Assembly (NCBI GenBank): GCA_964584225.1
Contig: CAZOZG010000002.1
Span: forward strand, 5,127 to 69,126
Source of the DNA: an uncultured Candidatus Saccharibacteria bacterium
GTDB taxonomy: Bacteria; Patescibacteriota; Minisyncoccia; Phycocordibacterales; UBA2100
Length of the DNA: 64,000 nt
Direction: 5' to 3'
Below are positions 57,451 to 64,000 of this stretch, piece after piece. A program made the translations under genes and the position numbers. The first letter of the stretch is position 1. Every line of letters starts with the position of its first letter. The notes under the pieces were generated by a model. That model saw nothing but the letters and a program-made list of their open reading frames with translations. It was not told the DNA's origin and searched no databases.

Positions 57451-58092
57451 TCATTCGCTCGCATTGAGAAGCTGCCACAGCTCATCGGTATCAGTCGCGA
57501 CTCGCACGCCAGTATTACTGAGTGCGTTCATCGAATTGAATCCCCACGATACCGCAATCATATCGATGCCCGCGGCGCGGCACGCCTCGACGTCACGTAT
57601 TTCATCTCCGATGTATACAGTGGACGATGGGTCGAGGTGTTCCTGTCGAATTGTTTTGCGTAGCGCGTGGGATTTACCAAAAATTGACGCTCCTGCTCGC
57701 ACAAAATCTGGGCGAATGGTAGCGCTTCTGAGTATCGCCGTGACGGTACGATCCGAATTTGACGAGACGATTCCGACGCGCACGCGCGCACCTTCGAGGC
57801 GTTCGATCAGGTCAGGGATACCCTCTACAACCTCCACATGAGCGACCCGTTTTTCGAATTCTTCCCGACCTCTGCGCTGCATCTGATAGACCTTCCACAT
57901 ATTCCAGCGCGCGGTGCCAAGTCGGCGCGTGAGCACATCGCGCGCATTTTCCTCTCGCAACGCCGTGATTTCTTCTGATCGAATCGGCGCGAAACTAAAT
58001 TCCTTTGCAAGCACGTTGATCGTCTCCAGCGTGGCGAGTTCGCTTTTTGCGATCGTGCCGTCAAAATCAAAAATGACCGTTTTGTATCGCAT
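57451..58092 (-). CDS. HAD-family phosphatase
   Basis: FDFDGTIA, SSN, YIGDE.RDVEA, V.WGFN; start 58092. Confidence 0.9.
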   Translation of the reverse strand: MRYKTVIFDFDGTIAKSELATLETINVLAKEFSFAPIRSEEITALREENARDVLTRRLGTARWNMWKVYQMQRRGREEFEKRVAHVEVVEGIPDLIERLEGARVRVGIVSSNSDRTVTAILRSATIRPDFVRAGASIFGKSHALRKTIRQEHLDPSSTVYIGDEIRDVEACRAAGIDMIAVSWGFNSMNALSNTGVRVATDTDELWQLLNASE

Positions 58093-58093
58093 A

Positions 58094-59365
58094 CTAATCA
58101 GCAATTTGCTCAGCAACTTTGTATATATCGCCCGCGCCCATTGTGATAATGAGTGTACCTTTGCCTTCATCGAGTAAACGATCACGGATCGCGTCAAAAG
58201 AATCGAGCGCGGTCACGTTGCGCCCAGCCGCGCGAGCGAGCGTGTGATTGGAGACAGTCGGATCGGGTGCTTCACGTGCCGGGTAGATAGGCGCGACGAT
58301 CGCTTTATCGGCGCTTGCGAGCGCGGCTGCGAATTCTTTCTGTAAACTTTTGGTTCGACTATAGAGGTGCGGATGGAATGCGACAACGATTTTATGACCG
58401 GGAAATTTCCATCGCGCAGCATCGATTGTGAGAGCAATCGCCGTCGGATGGTGCGCGTAGTCGTCATACACGATTGCACCGAGCGGCGTTTCGCCCTTGT
58501 ACTCGAAGCGACGCCACGACCCTTTGAAATCGGCGAGCGCGTCATTAATCGCGCTTTGTTCGATATCGGGAAACGCAGCGCGCGCCGCGGCCGCCGCGGC
58601 GCGCGCATTCATTTTGTTGAATTCCCCCAGGAGACCAATCTCGGGCACGTCCACTTTCGTGAAATCGATTACCGTCGCTGAAACATTCCGCAACGCCGGT
58701 GCGACATTCGAATCCTCCGGATTTGTCACGATGAAACCGTGTCGTGGGACTTTTTCAGCAGCTTTCCGGAACGTCTCCTGCAGCGCAGCGAGATCGGGAA
58801 AATAATCCGTGTGATCTAATTCGCAGTTGGTAATAACCAAAATCTCAGGAGACAATTTCAAAACGTGATCACGATACTCACACGCTTCAACGACAAAAAG
58901 ATCATCGCGACCTGCAAGAAAATTCGATCCAAAATCTCGCACGATCGATCCGACGATCGCCGTCGGCTCTTTATGCGCGTCGCGCAAGATTTTCGCGAGC
59001 ATGCCGGTCGTCGTCGTCTTGCCATGCGTCCCTGTTATGGCGATCGTGCGCGCATCTTTCGACACCTCACCGAGCGCTTCGAAATACGACATCCCTGGAA
59101 TCTGCATTTCCTTCGCGCGAATACGTTCGACATTGTCGCTCCAGACCGCATCGCTGTAGATCAAAAGCTCACTGTCAGCCGGAATATTGCATTGGTCGTG
59201 TCCAATCGCGACTGTGATTCCCTTTTGTGCCAACAAGGCAGTCGTCGGCGATTCTTCTCTATCTGAACCTCTCACATCAGTCCCTCGATGCTTCAGCAAT
59301 TGCGCGAGCGCGGACATGCCGATGCCTCCGATCCCGACCATATAGATCTTTTGCGGGAGTTGCAT
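58094..59365 (-). CDS. murC: UDP-N-acetylmuramate--L-alanine ligase
   Basis: GIGGIGMSALA, GTHGKTTTT, EACEY, DH.D, RRFE, DDYAHHP, MGAGDI. Confidence 0.95.
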   Translation of the reverse strand: MQLPQKIYMVGIGGIGMSALAQLLKHRGTDVRGSDREESPTTALLAQKGITVAIGHDQCNIPADSELLIYSDAVWSDNVERIRAKEMQIPGMSYFEALGEVSKDARTIAITGTHGKTTTTGMLAKILRDAHKEPTAIVGSIVRDFGSNFLAGRDDLFVVEACEYRDHVLKLSPEILVITNCELDHTDYFPDLAALQETFRKAAEKVPRHGFIVTNPEDSNVAPALRNVSATVIDFTKVDVPEIGLLGEFNKMNARAAAAAARAAFPDIEQSAINDALADFKGSWRRFEYKGETPLGAIVYDDYAHHPTAIALTIDAARWKFPGHKIVVAFHPHLYSRTKSLQKEFAAALASADKAIVAPIYPAREAPDPTVSNHTLARAAGRNVTALDSFDAIRDRLLDEGKGTLIITMGAGDIYKVAEQIAD

Positions 59366-59442
59366 AAGTACCAGTATACAGATTAAAGTGCTGACGGTTG
59401 TAGAACCTTAACGTACCCTATAGTGCTTCAGAGGAGAGTCCA

Positions 59443-60243
59443 ATGGCGCTACCTTCGAGTATTACAAGCGAGGTCGGCGCTTCGGTGCAACCTCCCAAGA
59501 TCCTGATCGAAGATTTGCACTTCCGCTATGGTACCAACCACGTCCTCAAAGGCGTGAACATGCCGATTCGCGAACGATGCGTGACTGCCATTATCGGGCC
59601 ATCGGGTTGCGGCAAATCTACCTTACTTCGTGTTCTTAATCGCATATACGATCTTTACCCAAATCAGCGTGCGGAAGGGAAAGTGCTGTTGGACGGGGTG
59701 AACATACTCGCGCCTGGTACCGACCTCAATCTCTTGCGAGCGCGCGTCGGTATGGTGTTTCAGAAAGCGACGCCGTTTCCGATGTCGATTTATGAAAACA
59801 TCGCATTCGGCATTCGCTTGTACAACCGCTTGCCGAAATCTGAAATTGATGCACGAGTACAACACTATCTGAAAAAAGCGGTGCTTTGGGAAGAAGTAAA
59901 AGACAAGCTGCGCACAAACGCCAACAGTCTGTCGGGTGGCCAGCAGCAGCGCTTGTGCATTGCCCGCTCGATCGCGATTCAGCCCGAGGTGCTTTTGTTC
60001 GACGAACCGTGCTCTGCGCTTGATCCGATATCAACCGCAAAGATCGAGGAGTTGCTCGATGAGCTGAGAAGCGATTACACGATTGTGATCGTCACTCACA
60101 ACCTGCAACAAGCTGCACGAATCGGTGATTTCACCGCCTTCATGCTGCTTGGTGAGCTTATCGAATTCGATAGCTCGCTCAAGATAGCAACGAATCCGAG
60201 CCGTCGAGAAACGTCGGACTACATCACTGGTCGTTTTGGTTGA
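59443..60243 (+). CDS. pstB: Phosphate ABC transporter ATP-binding protein
   Basis: [67 protein letters not shown]; GAGGAG SD. Confidence 0.96.
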   Translation: MALPSSITSEVGASVQPPKILIEDLHFRYGTNHVLKGVNMPIRERCVTAIIGPSGCGKSTLLRVLNRIYDLYPNQRAEGKVLLDGVNILAPGTDLNLLRARVGMVFQKATPFPMSIYENIAFGIRLYNRLPKSEIDARVQHYLKKAVLWEEVKDKLRTNANSLSGGQQQRLCIARSIAIQPEVLLFDEPCSALDPISTAKIEELLDELRSDYTIVIVTHNLQQAARIGDFTAFMLLGELIEFDSSLKIATNPSRRETSDYITGRFG

Positions 60244-60246
60244 GAT

Positions 60247-60284
60247 TTGCCGCTTTGCGCATACGCGCAAAGCGGCAATTTTTT
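60247..60284 (+). terminator. Intrinsic terminator between convergent pstB and murD
   Basis: 14-bp perfect stem TTGCCGCTTTGCGC-ATAC-GCGCAAAGCGGCAA plus T6. Confidence 0.85.
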
Positions 60285-61620
60285 ATACTGCCGACACAAT
60301 TTTCAAAAATTGATCGTTGCGATCAAATTCGTTCTTAAAATATTTCCCGAAAGAAGCAAACGCGGGGCTGTAAAGTACGGTTTCGCCTGGCTCGGCAACC
60401 TGGAACGCACGCACGACCGTCGCCTTCAATCCCTCTTCCTCATACACCTGGACGGCCGGTTGTAGGGCAAATATATCTTCTCGAATCCGTTCCGAGCCGC
60501 GCTCTTTGAAGAGAACAACCTTCGAACACCACTTCGGGATCTCTTGTATCAATTCCGACATATCGAGTCCCTTATCATCGCCGCCCATGATCAGCACAAC
60601 GCCCTTCTTATGCTGATCACCGACTGCACGAAGGGCCGCGATCGTCGCTGTGGGTGTCGTCGAATTATTATCGTTATAGATTTTCACGCCGTTCACGTCC
60701 CGCAAAAATTGCAATCGCCCCTCGACACCTTCGAACGATTCAAGTCCGTCTTTCACTTCTTCGTCGGAAAGTCCGAGTGCCATGAGCACAGCTGCAGCGA
60801 GAGCCGCATTTTCACGATTGTGTTCTCCGACGACCCGCAATTTCCAATCATGTGGGAGAGGCACGGGCGTCATGGCCCCGACTGAGGGTTTCGTTGCAGC
60901 GACGCGCTCCGCGATCGAGGTACCAACGATTAATTTATCGTCTTTCGTTTGAAACTTGAAAATGTTTGTTTTGTCTGCAAAATACGTTTCCATATCAGGA
61001 TAATAATTGAGATGATCGGCAGAAAGATTCGTCACGACGGCGATGTGCGGACTGATTTTGAGTTCTCCAAAACCTTGGAGCTGCCATGAGTCGAGTTCCA
61101 AGACTGCAACGTCGCCTTTTTTCACACTGTGCAGCATGGCGAGCGTTGATTTACCGCGAATATTGCCACCGAGCAGCGCGTGCTTCCCAGCACGCACGAG
61201 AGTTCGATAAATCATGTGTGTCACGGTGGACTTGGCGCGTGTACCGGTAACACCGACGATTGTTGCGCCCATTTCCGACGCATATTTTGCAAAAAGCGCG
61301 GTTGACATCATGACAGGCACGCCCGCTTTCTGGGCAGCGGCGATTTCTGGCGAGTTCAGCGGCACCCCTGCCGCCTTCAATACCATGTCTGCATCTGTAA
61401 AATCAGCCATGTCGTGACCACCAAGATGAAATGCAACGTTCTTAAAATGCTCGAGTTTTTTAACGGACACGGCGAGTTCATCCGATGTCTTTTTGTCCGT
61501 TACGACGATTTCAGCCCCACAATTGGCTAAGAATTCGACATCACCTACCCCGCGACCGAGGAGTCCAAGACCCATTACCGTGATCTTTTTGCCCTCAAAT
61601 GGCATGCAAACATTCGACAT
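60283..61620 (-). CDS. murD: UDP-N-acetylmuramoyl-L-alanine--D-glutamate ligase
   Basis: GLG..G, VTGT..KST, GGNI, LELDSWQL, DHLN, RL, YND..ST, SPAFASF..FKNEFDR; start 61620 or 61605. Confidence 0.94.
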   Translation of the reverse strand: MSNVCMPFEGKKITVMGLGLLGRGVGDVEFLANCGAEIVVTDKKTSDELAVSVKKLEHFKNVAFHLGGHDMADFTDADMVLKAAGVPLNSPEIAAAQKAGVPVMMSTALFAKYASEMGATIVGVTGTRAKSTVTHMIYRTLVRAGKHALLGGNIRGKSTLAMLHSVKKGDVAVLELDSWQLQGFGELKISPHIAVVTNLSADHLNYYPDMETYFADKTNIFKFQTKDDKLIVGTSIAERVAATKPSVGAMTPVPLPHDWKLRVVGEHNRENAALAAAVLMALGLSDEEVKDGLESFEGVEGRLQFLRDVNGVKIYNDNNSTTPTATIAALRAVGDQHKKGVVLIMGGDDKGLDMSELIQEIPKWCSKVVLFKERGSERIREDIFALQPAVQVYEEEGLKATVVRAFQVAEPGETVLYSPAFASFGKYFKNEFDRNDQFLKIVSAV

Positions 61621-61679
61621 CGTGCTGCAACTATATCACTTGCGCTTCAAAGTTTCTCATTCTCGAATCTGTTATCCAC

Positions 61680-61709
61680 TTGTCGAAAATCAGTGCACAA
61701 GAGTACAAT
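61680..61709 (+). promoter_or_regulatory. Probable promoter of the riboswitch-led operon
   Basis: TTGTCG-18 nt-TACAAT, ending 8 nt before the first riboswitch helix; 8/9 DnaA-box match TTATCCACT at 61672-61680. Confidence 0.5.
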
Positions 61710-61717
61710 GCGCGTCC

Positions 61718-61885
61718 CAGTTGATTGTGGAAGTCGGGTTTCATCCCCGCACTGTGCCGCAACGGTAATGTCCTTCGCTGTAGCGAGGGAACGAGTCCGG
61801 TCTTCGATCAACTGTACATCCCGAGCAGGACAGCACCGCATACGGTGTTCGATCGAAAGATCTCTGCTTCGGGCAGGGATTTTTT
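61718..61885 (+). ncRNA. Cobalamin riboswitch (short class) with transcription attenuator
   Basis: Closing helix CAGTTGATTG/CGATCAACTG; core GGAAGTCGGG...ACTGTGCCGCAACGGTAA...GAGTCCGG resembling the cobalamin consensus and B12 box; hairpin loop GCATA complementary to TGTGC (kissing loop); terminator ATCTCTGC-TTCGG-GCAGGGAT-T5; competing CCCGAGCAG antiterminator. Confidence 0.82.
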
Positions 61886-62383
61886 ATGCGAAAACACATC
61901 ACAATCATCATCGCACTTATCGCGGCCGCGATCAGCGTCGTCACGTTGTCGACACTACAAGAGCGCACGAGCACAGCAGTCGCCCCATCGGCGCAACAAA
62001 ACGTACAGCAATCTGAACCGGCGCCTGCATCGCAGGCGCCGGCTGCGAGCCATTCTTCGAACCCGACTCCCGCCGCATCTTCCAATGCGCCGGCACCCAA
62101 TGTCACTCTCCTTGTCGGCAGCTCTTCGTACCACACATTTATCCCAACGGGATCGACGGTCTTTGATCTCATGCGGACACTCGCCTCAACCACGGACTTC
62201 CGTTTTACCTATCGCACGTATCAATCGCTCGGCGCATTTATCGAATCGATCGATGGCATGGCAAACGCGCACGATTGGTACTGGTTTCTCTACATCAATG
62301 GCAAATCGTCGCAGACCGGAGCAACGCAAACAGCACTCAACCCTGGCGACACGGTCGAGTGGCGATATGAGAAAAATTATTAA
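61886..62383 (+). CDS. Membrane-anchored DUF4430 / transcobalamin C-terminal-like beta-grasp protein
   Basis: N-terminal TM, A/P/S linker, TVFD.M...LGAFIESIDG..N...YW..YINGK.S..GA....L..GD.VEW.Y. Confidence 0.88.
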   Translation: MRKHITIIIALIAAAISVVTLSTLQERTSTAVAPSAQQNVQQSEPAPASQAPAASHSSNPTPAASSNAPAPNVTLLVGSSSYHTFIPTGSTVFDLMRTLASTTDFRFTYRTYQSLGAFIESIDGMANAHDWYWFLYINGKSSQTGATQTALNPGDTVEWRYEKNY

Positions 62384-62392
62384 TTAGTAGTA

Positions 62393-64000
62393 ATGCGCAT
62401 GACGTATAAAAACACGTTTGCAAGTTTGGTTCTCACTTTTAGTATTGCGATCACACCGACCTTCGCATTTGCGGACGATGCGAGCTCGACGCCGCCACTC
62501 GATGCAAGTTCGACTCCCCCGACCGCCACTTCAACAGAGCCTACGGCGACATCATCGCCACTGTCGATCACCGCTCCAGGAGATCAAACATTTTCGACGA
62601 CGACATTTCCTGCGTTTCCGTTACTGGATTTTGCGACAGCGTCCGACACTCCGGATTCGAATCCAACTGTCAGCTTTTCTCCGACATCATTTCCGCATGG
62701 CACGACGACGGTGACATGGACGGCGACCGATGCCGCGAACAACGTCGCAACAACCACCTCGAACGTCGGCGTCTTTCTCGGCGTCGAAGGTTCTATCGAT
62801 GTGCCGCCGAATTGCATCGTGACCGATAGCGACGGAGTCGCACATCAATACCCTGAAGCGAGTTCGACAAGCACGTACCTTGGAATCTGTGCGCTTGAAG
62901 CAGCAAAAGAGAGTGGCCTCATTTCTTCAGTTGGACTCTCGAATCAGTTTCCGAGTCTCGGCTTGTTTGTGACGAGTGTCGATGGAATCGCTGCAGACCC
63001 AAATAGTCAATTCTGGGCACTCTTTCAAAATGATGGTTTCGCGAGCGCAGGACTGAGCTCGCTTCCGGTACATGCGACTGACACGATCGCTTTGAAACTC
63101 GAGGACTTCAATGGCAACAATCTGGGTGGCAAGGTCATCCTGCATATCAATAGTCTGGTGAGCACGAGCTCGAATGCAACAAGCACGAGTGCTACGAGCA
63201 CACCGGAAAATCCGCCGCCCCCGCCCGGAGGCGGCGGTGGCATTTCGCACCTATTCCTCAACATCCCAAACGCGTTTGCGTATCTTACGAGTAAACAAAA
63301 CGCCAACGGTTCCTTCGGCGCACCAGGGGACGACCCGATCAAGACAGACTGGGCCGCGATCGCGTGTGCGGTCCCGAATGCACCTGCGCAGCCGTGCAAT
63401 AAGTTGCGCGCGTACGAACTCGCGGCTACGCCAACGCTCTCCGTCGTTACCGACGCGGAGCGACATGCAATGGCGCTTGAAGCATTGAATATCGATCCCT
63501 ACACAGGTGCTTCCGTCAATTACATTGCAACAATTGTGAATGCCTTCGACGGCACGAGTATTCCCGGACCGGTACAAAATGATATTTTCGCACTCTTCCC
63601 ACTCCTGCACGCCGGCTATGCACCGACCGACGACATAATTCAAAAAATCGGCGCTTCGGTACTCGCTGCACAAAAGCCTGACGGTTCGTGGGGCGATCCG
63701 GACACGACGGCTGCGGCAATTCAGGGGCTCGGCATGCTCTTCACAGGAGACCCGGCGAAAGATGGCGCGCTCGGCGCAGCACTCGGCATGGCCGAAGGAA
63801 AGCTACTCGCGACCGAAGGCTCCGACGCGTCATGGGACGAAAACGTCGACTCGACGAGTTGGATACAAACGATGATGAACTCGGTGCAGGAGGGCGATCC
63901 AGCTCATGCAATTCCCTTCACGAGCTCCGCCGGCCTCGTCCCCAACGATGCGATCGCGCGTACCCAAGCGACAGACGGCGGTGTGCAACCAAATAGCGTG
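62393..64000 (+). CDS. Large secreted protein: signal peptide, HYR-like Ig domain, DUF4430 domain, prenyltransferase/transcobalamin-like alpha/alpha barrel (runs off the window edge)
   Basis: Not in the ORF track; open from ATG 62393 to 64000 (>=536 aa): ..PTFAFA|DDASST.., FPHGTTTVTWTATDAANN, LGLFVTSVDG..QFWALFQN..AGL, AYL.SKQNANGSFG..TDWAAIA, AAQKPDGSWG..DTTAAAIQGL. Confidence 0.85.
   Translation, partial: MRMTYKNTFASLVLTFSIAITPTFAFADDASSTPPLDASSTPPTATSTEPTATSSPLSITAPGDQTFSTTTFPAFPLLDFATASDTPDSNPTVSFSPTSFPHGTTTVTWTATDAANNVATTTSNVGVFLGVEGSIDVPPNCIVTDSDGVAHQYPEASSTSTYLGICALEAAKESGLISSVGLSNQFPSLGLFVTSVDGIAADPNSQFWALFQNDGFASAGLSSLPVHATDTIALKLEDFNGNNLGGKVILHINSLVSTSSNATSTSATSTPENPPPPPGGGGGISHLFLNIPNAFAYLTSKQNANGSFGAPGDDPIKTDWAAIACAVPNAPAQPCNKLRAYELAATPTLSVVTDAERHAMALEALNIDPYTGASVNYIATIVNAFDGTSIPGPVQNDIFALFPLLHAGYAPTDDIIQKIGASVLAAQKPDGSWGDPDTTAAAIQGLGMLFTGDPAKDGALGAALGMAEGKLLATEGSDASWDENVDSTSWIQTMMNSVQEGDPAHAIPFTSSAGLVPNDAIARTQATDGGVQPNSV

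Noticed and set aside
62380-63996. Short ORF-track calls at the right edge
   Set aside because: All overlap the continuous plus-strand ORF from 62393.
63250-64000. Squalene-hopene cyclase
   Set aside because: QW-like repeats present but the protein is secreted, no DxDD motif is visible, and the context is a B12 riboswitch with DUF4430 domains.

Overview
64 kb of a gene-dense bacterial chromosome using genetic code 11. Gene repertoire and style (HTH-plus-TM giant-protein genes, stand-alone VirD4-like ATPase, PsbP-like and Ser/Thr-rich secreted proteins, mostly leaderless starts) suggest Patescibacteria/Parcubacteria; this is an inference, not a marker-gene placement. Housekeeping genes (gatB, secA, rsmI, murC, murD, an orphan pstB) flank a ~44 kb surface-glycan locus (~8.8-53.1 kb). 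The locus holds an O-antigen-ligase/TPR protein, a nonulosonic-acid module (NeuA, NeuB-SAF-cupin fusion, HAD, oxidoreductase), a dTDP-2,6-dideoxy/C-methyl sugar module (rfbB, rfbA, 2,3-dehydratase, a 3-ketoreductase with an in-frame TGA, C-methyltransferases), gmd, three GT-C enzymes, a flippase, two AsnB-type amidotransferases and many GT2/GT4 and methyltransferase genes. Several elements are missing from the ORF track. At the right edge is a cobalamin riboswitch with terminator/antiterminator upstream of two secreted DUF4430 (transcobalamin-like) proteins, one fused to an alpha/alpha barrel. Next to secA is a self-contained unit encoding a 13-aa Lys-rich peptide. There is also an SD-led 43-aa Trp-rich peptide and a truncated HTH-TM surface protein at the left edge. 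No rRNA, tRNA, CRISPR array or transposase was recognised.
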